A stretch of DNA of 64,000 nucleotides from an uncultured Phycisphaerales bacterium (lineage in GTDB: Bacteria; Planctomycetota; Phycisphaerae; Tepidisphaerales; Tepidisphaeraceae): assembly GCA_963844715.1 (NCBI GenBank), contig CAWJPJ010000007.1, forward strand, positions 1,344,001-1,408,000. Direction: 5' to 3'. Shown piece after piece: positions 1-11,856 of this stretch (its first letter is position 1; every line of letters starts with the position of its first letter). The translations under genes and the position numbers were made by a program. The notes under the pieces are model-generated. The model was not told where the DNA came from. It was given only the letters and a program-made list of their open reading frames with translations, and did not search any database.

Positions 1-2
1 GT

Positions 3-536
3 TTGGAAGACCCCGTCGAGCGCCATCTTCCCGGCGTGACACAGATCGAAGTTTCCCCGTTTGGGCAGCTCACCTATGAGCGGGCGCTGCGCAGCATCCT
101 GCGGCAGGACCCGCAGGTCCTCATGCTCGGAGAAATTCGCGATGCCGCCACCGCGACCCTGGCGGTGCAGGCGGCGCTTTCGGGCCACCGGCTGATTACC
201 ACGCTGCACGCCTCGATGCCGGCGGGGGCGATCGGGCGACTTTGGGAGATGGGGATCGAGCCGTACCAGATCACCAGCAGTTTGCATTCAGTTTTGGCGC
301 AGAGATTGGTGCGGCGAAAAGCCGAATCCGGATATCACGGGCGGGCTCCGTTGGCGGAACTTGTGGCCGTGGACGGGGAATTGAAACGGGCGATCTTGGA
401 GAAGCGGGATGCCGATGCGTTGGCCGCCATCTATTGCCGGCGGCCAGGTTATCAGAGTCTTCGTGAGGCCGGGCAAGCGCTTTTGCGGCAGGGAATTACC
501 GACGAGGTGGAACTAACCCGGGTTTTGGGGGCGTGA
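3..536 (+). CDS. GspE/PilB-family secretion/pilus ATPase, C-terminal part (runs off window start)
   Basis: EDPVE Asp-box, 'LRQDPQVLMLGEIRD' Walker B region, 'ALSGHRLITTLHA' His-box. Confidence 0.9.
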   Translation: MEDPVERHLPGVTQIEVSPFGQLTYERALRSILRQDPQVLMLGEIRDAATATLAVQAALSGHRLITTLHASMPAGAIGRLWEMGIEPYQITSSLHSVLAQRLVRRKAESGYHGRAPLAELVAVDGELKRAILEKRDADALAAIYCRRPGYQSLREAGQALLRQGITDEVELTRVLGA

Positions 537-580
537 AAGAATTGCCCGGGCAGTCCGTCGTGTATTTTGGAACGAGCGGC

Positions 581-1370
581 ATGACGACCGAAACCCTTCA
601 ATTCGCGCCCCCCGGAGCCGCAGGCCGATGCCGACCTGGAGCTTTTGCGGCGGTGGACGAATCGCGGCGACGCCGAAGCCTTCGGGCGGATCGTTCACCA
701 ATACGCAGGGTGCGTTTACGCGACCTGTCTGCGGATTTTGGGAGATGGCGCGCGGGCTCAAGACGCCTCGCAGGAGACGTTCTTCCGCTTGATGCGCTCG
801 CGAACCCAAGTTACGCAGAATCTCGGCGGCTGGCTGCATCGCACGGCCACGCATCTCGCCCTGGACATGCTCCGCAGCGAGACGGCCAGGCGGCATCGCG
901 AGATCGCCTACGCGGATCAGAACAATCACGAGGCCTGCACCTGGGCGGAGCTTTCCCCATGCGTCGATCAGGCGCTGACGGAACTGCCCGAGGAATTGCG
1001 AGCGCTGCTGGTGGATCATTACCTGATGGGCAAATCGCAGGTGGAACTGGCGGAGCGAACCGGCCTATCGGCCGCGACGATCTCGCGGCGTGTGCATCAG
1101 GGATTGGAAGAGCTGCGCGAGCGATTGAAGCTCAAGGGGATTTACGCGCTGCCGGCGGTATTGGCGGGATTGCTTTGCCACGTGGCGGCGCGAGGCGGTC
1201 TTGCGAAATCCCTCGACCCGGCCGCTCTGGAAACAGCTCCTGGAGCCGCGGCGATTGGTGCCTCTGCTCGGAGGCGTGGCGGCGATCCTGCTGATCGAAT
1301 GGCTGTGCTTCGGCAGCTTCGTGCCGTTTCATCAATCGAGCAGTGCGCCGCCGGAGCCGGTCAGTCATAG
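581..1370 (+). CDS. ECF-type RNA polymerase sigma factor (probable indel in C-run near 610)
   Basis: 'GDAEAFGRIVHQY...AQDASQETF' region 2 and 'LPEELRALLVDHYLMGKSQVELAERTGLSAATISRRVHQGLEELR' region 4; ATG at 581 joins by a 1-nt shift. Confidence 0.85.
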
Positions 1371-1519
1371 CCGCTGAGAAATCGTTCCCGACGAAAAGTT
1401 TCCCAGGAGATTTTCGATGACTCGATCGGAGTCCGCAGGATTGACGTTTGCGTATCACGCCCGGACCTCGTCTGGCCTGGAAACTCGCGTCGGCCGATCT
1501 GGGTGTTTGAATTTAATTA

Positions 1520-1592
1520 TCCGCGCCATCAGCGAAATCCGCGGTCAAATTCTTTTTTTACCACCGATGACGCGGATTTCACGGATGGCGGA
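1520..1592. repeat. intergenic imperfect palindrome
   Basis: gaaatccgcg (1534-43) pairs with cgcggatttc (1571-80); outer arms ccgcgccatc / gatggcgga. Confidence 0.6.
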
Positions 1593-1677
1593 AGCCCAAC
1601 CCCACGGAGGATAAAGACGCATGACCCAGCAGGCCGCGCTTGAAATTGCTCGTCAGCCGGTTTAACACGCTGGCTCG

Positions 1678-3732
1678 ATGACCACAGATCAGGAATTGGC
1701 GTCGGCGGTTCAATTGCATCAGGCCGGAGATCGCGCCAAGGCGGAGGCGATCTATCGGCAAATTCTGGCTCGCGAGCCGAATAATGGCCATGCATTGCAT
1801 CTACTCGGCGTGATCGCCTTGCAAAACGGGAGAAACGAGGAGGCGGTCGAGTTGATTCGGCGGGCAATCGCCAATGGACCGGATTGGGCGGATTTTCATT
1901 TCAATCTGGGGTCGAGTCTTGCGGGGCTGCGGAGATGGGATGAAGCGGCGGCGGAATTTCGGCGGGCGCTCCAGATTCAGCCCCGGGTGGCGCAGACATT
2001 TCTTTCCCTCGGCAACGTCCTCTCAATACAACGGAAACTGGATGAAGCCGCGGATGCTTACCGGCACGCGATAGACGTTAGAAGCAATTTCGCCGAGGCT
2101 CACAACAATCTGGGGAACGTGCTGCGCGAATTAGGCCGTCTAGGCGACGCGGTTGACGCCTATCGTGAAGCGCTTCGCCACCGCCCCGATTTCTCCGCCG
2201 CCGAATTCAATCTGGCGGCGACATATGAAGCCGAGGGAAACGCGCGGCAGGCGATCGCCATCTACTCCCGTCTCGTGAATCGGTTCCCCGATGATTTTCT
2301 CTCGCAAAACGCGCTGGGGGCGGCGCTGGGGGGGCAGTGGCAACTGGACGACGCGGAAGCAGCCTTGCGGCAGGCGCTCCGCTTGCGGCCGATGTCGGCG
2401 GAAGCGCTGAACAATCTGGGAGCCGTGCTCAAGGAGATGGGCCGCATCGAGGAGGCGCTGGATTGTTTTCGCCGGGCGATCGATGTCGCGCCCGATGCGC
2501 TGGTCCCGCACGAAAACTATCTGCTGATGATCCACTACAGCGATCAATTCGACGGGCCGAGGATTCTGGCCGAGATGAAGAAATGGGACCAGCGTCACGC
2601 CAGGCCCCTCAAGAAGCTGGACCCCCCGCCGACACTAAGCCGCGCTTCCGGCCGCAGATTGCGGGTCGGATACGTGTCGCCGGATTTTGCGGATCATGTC
2701 GTGGGCCGAAACCTTTTTCCCCTCTTTCGCGAGCATGATCGGGAAGCGTTTGAAGTATTCGCCTACAGCAATCTCCGCCGCCCGGACCGGATTACCGAGC
2801 AGTTTCGGACTCATTCCGATCAGTGGCGCGACGTGTCGCGATTATCCGACGACGCCCTGGCCCGGCAGATTCGAGACGACGGGATTGACATTCTGGTCGA
2901 CCTGGCCGGGCATACGCATCGGAATCGACTCCTGGTCTTCGCCCGCCGGGCGGCGCCAGTCCAAGTGACATTCGGCGGGTATCCGGGCGGCACGGGGCTC
3001 GCCGAGATGGATTATCATTTGACGGACCAGTATCTCGATCCGCCCGGCATGACGGAAATCCATTACGTCGAAAAACTGATTCGAATGCCCGACAGTTTCT
3101 GGTGCTACGACCGGGAGGCGATGGGGCTGGAGGACGGGCCGCCGGTCGGCGCACTGCCGGCGGAAACCACGGGGTTCGTCACGTTCGGATGCCTGAATAA
3201 TCTTGGGAAGATTACGCCCAATACGCTTCAGCGATGGTCGAAGGTTCTCAACCGCGTGCCCAACTCACGAATGCTTTTACTTGCGCCCGAAGGTTTGTTC
3301 CGGGGTCGCATCATCGAGCAACTTCGAGTCGACCCATCCCGCGTTTCATTTATTCCGCGCATCACGCGGCTGGAATATCTCGCGGCGCACAATCGCATCG
3401 ACGTGGCACTCGATTCGCTTCCATACGGATGTCATACAACGGGATTGGATTGCTTGTGGATGTCCGTGCCGATCGTTACGCAGATTGGGGGAACAGCGTG
3501 CGGGCGAGCGGTCTTCAGTCATCTATCGAATCTGAAACTGACTGAATTGGCGGTGCCGAGCGACGATGAGTTTGTGGAACTGGCGGTGCGACTGGCCGGC
3601 GATTTAGATCGGCTGAGAGAATTGCGAGGGGAAATCCGCCAGAGAATGCTTGATTCCCCCCTGATGGACGCCAAGCGATTTGCGCGGAATGTGGAGAATG
3701 CGTTTCTCGAAATGGCGGCTGGCGCGCGCTAA
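1678..3732 (+). CDS. TPR-containing O-GlcNAc transferase-like protein, SPINDLY/GT41 family
   Basis: N-terminal TPR array, then 'RLRVGYVSPDFADHVV', 'IDILVDLAGHT', 'APVQVT', 'FGCLNNLGKI', 'DVALDSLPYG'. Confidence 0.9.
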   Translation: MTTDQELASAVQLHQAGDRAKAEAIYRQILAREPNNGHALHLLGVIALQNGRNEEAVELIRRAIANGPDWADFHFNLGSSLAGLRRWDEAAAEFRRALQIQPRVAQTFLSLGNVLSIQRKLDEAADAYRHAIDVRSNFAEAHNNLGNVLRELGRLGDAVDAYREALRHRPDFSAAEFNLAATYEAEGNARQAIAIYSRLVNRFPDDFLSQNALGAALGGQWQLDDAEAALRQALRLRPMSAEALNNLGAVLKEMGRIEEALDCFRRAIDVAPDALVPHENYLLMIHYSDQFDGPRILAEMKKWDQRHARPLKKLDPPPTLSRASGRRLRVGYVSPDFADHVVGRNLFPLFREHDREAFEVFAYSNLRRPDRITEQFRTHSDQWRDVSRLSDDALARQIRDDGIDILVDLAGHTHRNRLLVFARRAAPVQVTFGGYPGGTGLAEMDYHLTDQYLDPPGMTEIHYVEKLIRMPDSFWCYDREAMGLEDGPPVGALPAETTGFVTFGCLNNLGKITPNTLQRWSKVLNRVPNSRMLLLAPEGLFRGRIIEQLRVDPSRVSFIPRITRLEYLAAHNRIDVALDSLPYGCHTTGLDCLWMSVPIVTQIGGTACGRAVFSHLSNLKLTELAVPSDDEFVELAVRLAGDLDRLRELRGEIRQRMLDSPLMDAKRFARNVENAFLEMAAGAR

Positions 3733-4027
3733 TGCAAGAAATCCCGCGTAGATCGACCGCGTCAAGTTGGCACTGGCGGATTACAGGCCCCAATTTCCTC
3801 CCAAATTACCAAAAACGGCCATAATTGGATGGCAAGGATACGTTTTCCCACACTTTCCCCGGCGGATTATCCAAACAATTTCCACTACAAAATCAGCAGA
3901 AAAATATGGACGTCTGGGTTTCATATAGTAACATTCCCTACCAGCGGAGATAGGCCTGCTTGGAGAGGGTCCAGGTCGTCAAATGGTAAGGCTGCCCGGA
4001 TCCGGCAGGGGAGATTAGGAAAATTCG

Positions 4028-5603
4028 ATGCGGATTTTGTGTTCGCTGCCACAGCGGCCCGCGCGGGTGCTTCCTGTTTAACAAAATGATGCTGACTGCC
4101 GCGGGGGCGGCCGTGCCCATGCTGGCATACCAGGCCGCTGCGCAGGCGCAGTTCCAGCCAACTCTCCCGACGATCAGTCCGCTCGACTTCAACGTCACCG
4201 AGGCAAACGGGGGCGTTTCCGGCGCGAGCATCGATGGCGGTGCGACCGCCGGGACGGGGAGTTCCGTCAACAACACGACCGTCCTCCAGGACTTCATCAA
4301 CTACGCCTCGACCGCCACCACGATGGTCAACGGCGTGACCGTAACCGGGGGCACCGTGGAGCTTCCCGCCGCGGCCGCAGCCTATTTCACGAAGACTCTG
4401 ACGATTGATAGCGATGTCAACCTGGAAATCGACTCCGGTGCCACGTTGGAAAACAGCTCGCCGCTCACGACGCTGCTGACCACCAGCGGCAACATCACCA
4501 ACGTCGCGATCACGGGCGGCGGCATCCTCAATAACAATGAAACCAGCGCCACGTCCAGCAACAACATGCTCGCGCTGTCGAACATCACCAACCTGCTGGT
4601 GAACGGCGTGACCATCGAAAACTCGCCCCACGAGCACCTGGTCCCCGAGGGTTGCAACAACGTCACCATCAACGCGATAAAAATCACCGATACGAATTTC
4701 CTGGGCAATACGGACGGGATCGACTACTCGGGGAACAATTTCCTCATTGAGAACAGTACGATCGCCGACGGCGACGACGATATCGTCGCCAAGCCCGGTA
4801 ACACCGAGCCGGGAACTTTCTGCAGCAACATCCTGATCCAGAACGACGTCATCACCAACGGGCACGGAATCTCCATCGGCGGAGAAACGATCGGCGGATT
4901 GAACAACATGACCGTGAACAACATCACGTTCAATTCTCCCACGCTGAACGCCGTGTCCAACGGCATTCGCCTCAAGGCGGGCCGCGGGAACGGCGGGCTG
5001 GTGACGAATGTCACCTACAACGACATTACGATGATTAACGTCGGGACGCCGATTCAGATCAGCAGTTGGTACGTGAACGGCAGTACCGACGCATGGCCAA
5101 ACACGGTCGTGAACGGCGTAAACACTACAAACGCCGCCGCCGCGAGCAACGCGGCGGTCAATGCCACGACGCCGATTTGGAAGAACATCACGTTCTCCAA
5201 CATCACCGAGACCCACTCGGCGAGCAATTCGCTGATCTACGGGTTGCCCGAATCACCGGTGCAGAACGTCATCTTCAATAATGTGTCATTGGATCGTGCC
5301 CTCACGGTCAATTACGCCGGTTACAACGGCACCTATAGCCCGACCCTGGTATCCGGCCTGGATATCCAGTTGATCAACACCACATTGAATGGGACATTAA
5401 TGGTTCCCGGTTCGGCGGCCGCCGAACTCGCGAATTCGACCTACTTCACTCAATCGCCCAACGGGATGTATCAGGCCGATGTCGCCATCGAGGGTGCCGT
5501 CGTTCCAGAGCCAAGCTGCGGATTCCTGCTGGCGGGCGGCTTGGCGCTCATGATGCGAAGGCGAAAGCCGGCGGACCCGGCCGCCGTGGGAAGTTCGAGT
5601 TAG
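4028..5603 (+). CDS. GH28 polygalacturonase-like protein with PEP-CTERM sorting signal, copy 1 (N-terminal indel versus copy 2)
   Basis: GH28 motifs NTDGID, DGDDDI, GHGISIGG, RLKA; C-terminal VPEPSCGFLLAGGLALMMRRRK; ATG 4028 aligns with the start of copy 2. Confidence 0.9.
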
Positions 5604-5998
5604 TCGCAGGCGACAACCGAATCTCGACCACAACTCGATCCCTATGGCACAAGCACCCCGTAGGGCTACATCGTACTTTGCGCAGAACTTGAACCCGCCG
5701 CGGAATGCTTGGCCGGAAATCCCTATTGACGGCGATAGATTGTCGCTGATCGATAACTGGCCCCCATTTCCAGCCCAAATTAGCGGAAATGTCACTTTGG
5801 ATAAATCAACTTGCATTTTGAGGCGCCCTCTAACTTGGTTCTTCCCGATTACTCCACTGCAAAATCGACAGATAAATGTGGACGTGGGTGATTCGTATAG
5901 TAATATTCCCTATAGCGGAGACAGACCTGATTGGAGAGGGTTAAGGTCGTCTATGGTAGGGCTTCCCGGATACAGGTTGGGGAGATGAGGAAATTTCG

Positions 5999-7568
5999 AT
6001 GCGGATTTTGTGTTCGCTGTCACAGCGGCCCGCGCGTCAACGCCCCTTGTTTAACAAAATGATGCTGACTGCCGCGGGTGCGGCCGCGCCCATGCTGGCT
6101 TACCAGGCCGCAGCGCAGGCGCAGTTCCAGCCAACTCTCCCGACGATCAGTCCGCTCGACTTCAATGTCACGGAAGCCAACGGCGGCGTCTCTGGCGCGA
6201 GCATCGATGGCGGAGCGACCGCCGGGACCGGAAGTTCGGTCAACAACACCACCGTCCTCCAGGACTTCATCAACTACGCATCGACCGCCACCACGCTGGT
6301 CAACGGCGTGACCGTCACGGGCGGCACAGTGGAGCTTCCCGCAGCGGCGGCAGCCTACTTCACCAAGACTCTGACCATCGACAGCGACGTCAATCTGGAA
6401 ATCGACTCCGGCGCCACGTTGGAAAACAGCTCGAATCTCACGACGCTGATCACGACCAGCGGTAACATCTCCAACGTCGCGATCACCGGCGGCGGAATTC
6501 TCAATAACAACGCCGGCAACAGCACCTCCAACGACAACATGCTCGCGCTGTCGAACATCACCAACCTTCTGGTGAACGGCGTGACCATCGAAAACTCGGC
6601 ACACGAGCACTTGGTCCCCGAGAATTGCAACAACGTCACCATCAACGCGATAAAAATCACCGATTCAAACCTGACTCGGAGCAATACGGACGGGATCGAC
6701 TACGCCGGCACCAATTTCCTGATTGAAAACAGCACGATCGCCGACGGCGACGACGACATCGTCGCCAAGCCCGGCGAAAACACCGGGACGGACACGTTCT
6801 GCAGCAATATCCTGATCCAGAACGATGTCATTACCAACGGGCACGGAATCTCCATCGGCGGTGAAACGGTTGGCGGATTGAACAACATGACCGTGAACAA
6901 CATCACCTTCAATTCCCCCACGCTGGACGCCGTGTCCAACGGGATTCGCCTCAAGGCCGGCCGCGCGAACGGCGGCATGGTGACGAATGTCACCTACAAC
7001 GATATCACGATGATCAATGTCGGGACGGCGATTCAGATCAGCAGTTGGTATGTGAACGGCAGCGATGCGTGGCCAAGTGCGAACGGCGTTTCAAACGCCG
7101 CCGCCGCGACCAACGCGGCGGTCAATGCCACCACGCCCATCTGGAAGAACATCACCTTCTCAAACATCACCGAGACCAATTCCGCGAGCAATTCGGTAAT
7201 CTATGGGGTGCCGGAAGCTCCGGTGCAGAACGTCGTCTTCAATAATGTCTCGCTCGATCGTGCCCTCACGGTCAATTACGCCGGTTACAACGGCACCTAT
7301 AGCCCGACCCTGGTATCCGGCTTGGATGTCCAGTTGATCAACACTACATTGAATGGGACCTTGATGGTTCCCGGTTCGGCGGCCGCCGAACTTGCGAATT
7401 CAACCTACTTCACTCAATCGCCCAACGGGTTGTATCAGGCCGATATCGCCATCGAGGGCGCCGTCGTGCCCGAGCCAAGCTGCGGCTTCCTGCTCGCGGG
7501 CGGCCTGGCGCTCGATGATGCGCAGGCGTAAGCCGCGCAATCCCGTCCCCGCGGGAAGATCGAGCTAG
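5999..7568 (+). CDS. GH28 polygalacturonase-like PEP-CTERM protein, copy 2 (1-nt insertion in the C-terminal tail)
   Basis: Same GH28 motifs and highly similar to copy 1; removing the extra g at ~7514 restores LALMMRRRK and a stop at 7566-68. Confidence 0.9.
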
Positions 7569-7739
7569 CCGCCGCCGATTTCTGATTCGAATATTCGCAA
7601 CACCCACATCCCTGCCGCACCTGCGGCGGGGATTTTCTCTTGATGGCCGACCACGCAAAGCGGTTGCGCACCTCTCTCGATAACCTTTGAGTCCAATAAC
7701 CGGATGGCGGCGATTTTTTTCGCCTGGAGGCGTTGCGGC

Positions 7740-9176
7740 ATGAATAAGCCGATTTCTAACGCCGAATTGCGGGATAAGAAATCATTGTCCCCAGAAGAAT
7801 CCGCGTCGGAGCATCTGCTGATCGCGACCGGCGATATCCGGCGGCGGGAGTTTCTGCGGAAATTCCTTACCGAGCAGGGTCCGCGATTCAAACTGCGATT
7901 CGCCGACGAGCCGGATTGCCGCGCGAGGCCCTTCTGGACGAATCAATCTCCGCGGTGGTGACGGACCAAAGAATGATCGACGCGATGGAAAACCAGTGGG
8001 GCGAAAAGAAGAAGCCGATCGTTCTCTTTCCGACCCTGTCACGCGACGGGGATTTCAGCCCGACGGCGAACCCGCGCCATCTGCGCCGCTTCATCCGCGA
8101 AGAAATGAAATTATTCATGAATCGGCTGAATCACGCGGTGAGCCAGTGGAGACGAGCGCACAGCGATCGGCGCGCCCCATGGGGAAAGGGAAAAGTCCGC
8201 GCGCAAGACCGCTCTGATCCGATGTGCGGATTTATGGGCGCATCGGCGCTGGAACAACTCGGCCCGGCCAGCCCCGAAGCGAATGAGCGGCGGCAGGTCG
8301 TGGGATGCGTGGTGTTCAAGCTGGGAGGCGCGCAAAAAAACGGGCAGGCGTGCGACCGGACGCTTTATCTGGCGGCGCGAACCCTCCGCCAGCATATGAA
8401 GCGCGCCGATCTCGGGGTCTGCCTCGACGAATCGACTCTGGCGGTAGTGAAGCCTTCGTCCCCGCTGGGGGAATGCTGGATCTGGGCGGAAAACGCACAG
8501 AGGCGGTTCGACGGAACGGGAGCGGTGCGATCGGGGCAGGTTGCCGTCGTGGGAGTCGGGGTGCACGAGATCGCCGCCGCGGGCGCATCGGCGCCCGCCA
8601 TAAAGGCGGCGATCGCCGACGCCGAACGGTCGGCCAAATCACATGGTGCATTTGCTCGAGGAGAAGGCGCTGCTGGATCCGCTTACCGGTCTGGGCAATC
8701 GCGCCATGTACGACCGCCAAATGGCGGCGGAAATCGCGTCGCGCATTCGATTCGGAACGCCGCTTTCCTGCATCGTGATGGACATCGATCGCTTCAAGGA
8801 ACTCAACGACACCTGGGGGCATCCGTTCGGGGATGGCGTCTTGCGCGAGGTGGCCGGAATCATCTCCGGGGCATGCCGGACCGGCGATATCGCCTGCCGG
8901 TACGGCGGCGATGAGTTTGCAATCATCTCGCCGCGAACCGGAGCGGCGGACGCCGTGCTCCTGGCCCGCCGAATTCAGGAGAATGCGGCCAAAACCGAAT
9001 TTCGAAAAGACGGGCAATCGATTCGCATTTCAGTGAGCATCGGAGTCGCCGATGCGGGGGATTTATACGATCGAACGATGTTCCAAAGGGCCGATGAGGC
9101 AATGTACTGCTCGAAGGAAAAAGGCGGCAACTGTGTAACAATGACGTCGATCCTGGCGCAATCCGCCGCGGCGTGA
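7740..9176 (+). CDS. diguanylate cyclase: receiver-like N-terminus, degenerate GGDEF-like middle, intact GGDEF (two indels)
   Basis: C-terminal 'DPLTGLGNR...MDIDRFKELNDTWGHPFGD...RYGGDEF'; upstream overlapping ORFs 7704-7961 and 7916-8914 join by frameshifts. Confidence 0.75.
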
Positions 9177-9392
9177 AGATAGGGGGGTTGGATCGAACGA
9201 CTTGGTTCGGAAGCACGCCATTTTTGCCAGCGGTTCGCTGGAAAATGACAAAAGATTTCGCGGATTTTTGGGGGCTGGGCGGACAATTCCATGGTAGCCT
9301 TGCGAACCTGCGGAAGAGTGGACGGGAGATTGGCTTGGGCGCGCGGGCAGTCCGGCGCGACGGGCTGAGCGTAGGACGGCGAAAGATTTTGG

Positions 9393-10235
9393 ATGCGGAT
9401 TTTGCACTCGCTGCCCGCGCAACGCGCGCATAGTCCCTTTATTAGAAATGTGTTGTGGTCCGCGGTTTGGACGGCATCGCCGTTCCTTGGATGGAGCGCC
9501 GCGCAGGCCGATCCCACGCTGCCGACGATCGGGCCCGTGGTTTACAACGTGACGTTGCCCAACGGGGGCGTCAGCGGGGCAAGCATCGACGGCGGGTTGA
9601 CCGCCACCGGCGACGGAACCAGCAACGACACGTCGATCATCCAGGCTTTCCTCAACTATACCTCGTCCACCGAGACGATCGTGAACGGCGCGACAGTAAA
9701 CGGCGCGACGGTGGAAATCCCCGCGTCGGCCGCGCCGTATATGTCCAACGAACTGGTCCTGGGCAGCAACGTCAATTTGCAAATCGACTCCGGAGCGACG
9801 CTTCAGAACATGACGCCAGCCAATACCTTGATCGCGAATACCGAATTCAATTCGAATATCGAAATCACCGGGTCGGGGATCATCAACGACAATGCGTCGA
9901 CGACGAGCAACAACGACATGATCGCTCTGTATCTCGTGGAGAACCTGCTGGTCAACGGCGTGACGATCGAAAACGCGTCTCATGAACACCTGGTGACCGA
10001 GGGGGACTCAAACGTCACCATCAACGGAATCAAAATTTCCGACGCGCTGACCCTGTCCAATACGGACGGCGTGGACTATTCGGGGTCGAATTTTCTGATC
10101 GAAAACTCAACGATCTCGGATGGAGACGACGACATCGTCGCCAAGGCGGATGAAGGGCCCGTTAACAACGTCAGCATTCTCAACGACGTGATACTTCGCG
10201 GGAACGGAATATCGATCGGCGGGGAGACGAATTAC
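9393..10235 (+). pseudogene. GH28 PEP-CTERM protein copy 3, 5' part (interrupted by RIT element)
   Basis: Homologous to copies 1/2 up to 'GISIGGETNY'; homology stops at 10235. Confidence 0.9.
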
Positions 10236-10267
10236 GTGCGCTTATGTTGTCCACCACATAAGCGCAC
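10236..10267. repeat. perfect 12-8-12 interrupted palindrome at RIT left end
   Basis: gtgcgcttatgt-tgtccacc-acataagcgcac. Confidence 0.9.
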
Positions 10268-10506
10268 TTATGTGTTGAGTTTAGTTATGTGCTCGGCCGT
10301 AAGAGATGTTCCTGTGGTCTGTGGGCCTTCTCGCTTCTGATCTGTTACGGCAAGAGCATTATTTTCGTTGGATTCATCCCGTGTGCGCCATCATTCGATC
10401 AGCTAATGCTGTTCCACTCCCACGCCGATACTCGCAACATAACTAATTGATCGTCCACGCCTCATTGCCGAAGCAGCGGGCAAAGCCGATCTCGATTTGT
10501 TCCGCG

Positions 10507-11846
10507 ATGTTTGAGCAGTTTGTCACCCGTCGAAAGCATTTGCAGTTGCACCGCGAAAGCCCGATGCGCGAGGAACGGGAACGTTACCTGCGGCATCTGG
10601 TCGAAGATGGCCGCGCGCTGGAGACGTTCAAACATGCTGCTGGATATACCCTCCATGCTGCCATATTGCTGGACCTCAAGCCTGGACAGGTTGTTAACGA
10701 GGAACAGTTGGCACGTTGGGTCCTAAATGGCGTGACGGCAACTTTCGCGGCGGCTTGCATCGTAGGAAGCCATCGGCCGCCACCATCCATAAATTCCTGG
10801 GCCGGATAAGACATTGGCTGGCATTTTGCGGACGCATGGAACGTTCGTTCATCCGCGGGCCTTTCGATGATCTGATGCAGGGTTTTATCGAGTTCAAGCG
10901 CGCCGAACATGGATGGTCGCCCTGTACCGTCGGCATTTACCGCCGCGACGTTGGCCTGTTTCTAGCCTGGGCGGCCAAACATCCGGGCGGCGATTTGCGG
11001 AAGCTCGACGCGCGAATGTTGACGGGCTATCTACAGGAACCACAGTTCACGCGATGGTCGCGGTGCTCCATCGCCAGCCATATCTGTCACGTGCGCGTGT
11101 TCTTGCGCTGGCTCGGCGGTCGGCGCGGTTGCGAACCAACCCTGTGGGACTGCATCCATGCGCCGCGGCTCTATCGCCACGAACGCTACCCCCAGGGGCC
11201 GACATGGGCACAAGTCCGTGAACTGCTTGATTCAGCCGATACCAACGATCCTGTCGACGTTCGCGATCGCGCGATGATGCTGTTGATGGCCGTTTATGGT
11301 TTTCGCTCAGGCGAAGTTTGCGGCCTGCGCCTGGAAGATATCGACTGGGAGAATGGGGTCATTCGTCCGCCACGGCCGAAGCTGCATCGTGTCGGAACCT
11401 ATCCGCTCATTTCCACCGTGGGTGATGCCATCGTCGCCTATCTGAAGATCCGGCCCATCTGCCGGCACAGAGAGGTCTTCATTTCCATGCTTCAGCCTTA
11501 TCGCCCGTTGATGTCGGCTGCCACGGTCGTCTGCGACCGCCAGAAGTCGCTGGGCCAAAAGCTCAAGCGTTACGGACCGCACGGCTTGCGTCATGCTTGT
11601 GCAACCCATTTGTTGTCGGAGGGATTCAGCCTCAAACAGATCGGCGATCATCTTGGGCACTCCATCGTTCAGTCCACTGAGATTTACGCCAAGGTGGATA
11701 TGACGAGCTTGATGACGGTGGGCGACGTCGATTTGGGCGAACTGATCGAGTTCAACGCCGCCTGCGAGCGCCGACACTCTCGGCATCCCGACCGGTTTTG
11801 CGCGACGCGATGCGCTCGGCGGCAACTGTATGGTTATGTAGCCTGA
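10507..11846 (+). CDS. tyrosine recombinase, RitA-like (indel near 10720)
   Basis: 'RDRAMMLLMAVYGFRSGEV', 'HGLRHACATHLL', 'LGH...STEIY'. Confidence 0.85.
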
Positions 11847-11856
11847 AGGAGCAGGA

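Noticed and set aside
1678..3732. SPINDLY-like glycosyltransferases as a novelty
   Set aside because: Bacterial GT41-TPR proteins are widespread; nothing unusual is visible beyond two paralogs.
3940..4030. Riboswitch (e.g. c-di-GMP) in the GH28 leaders
   Set aside because: No recognisable consensus; similarity between the two leaders is explained by the duplication.
3921..5216. Long antisense ORFs (also 9063-9989, 24120-25247, 62010-63314)
   Set aside because: Shadows of GC-rich coding strands with no recognisable motifs.
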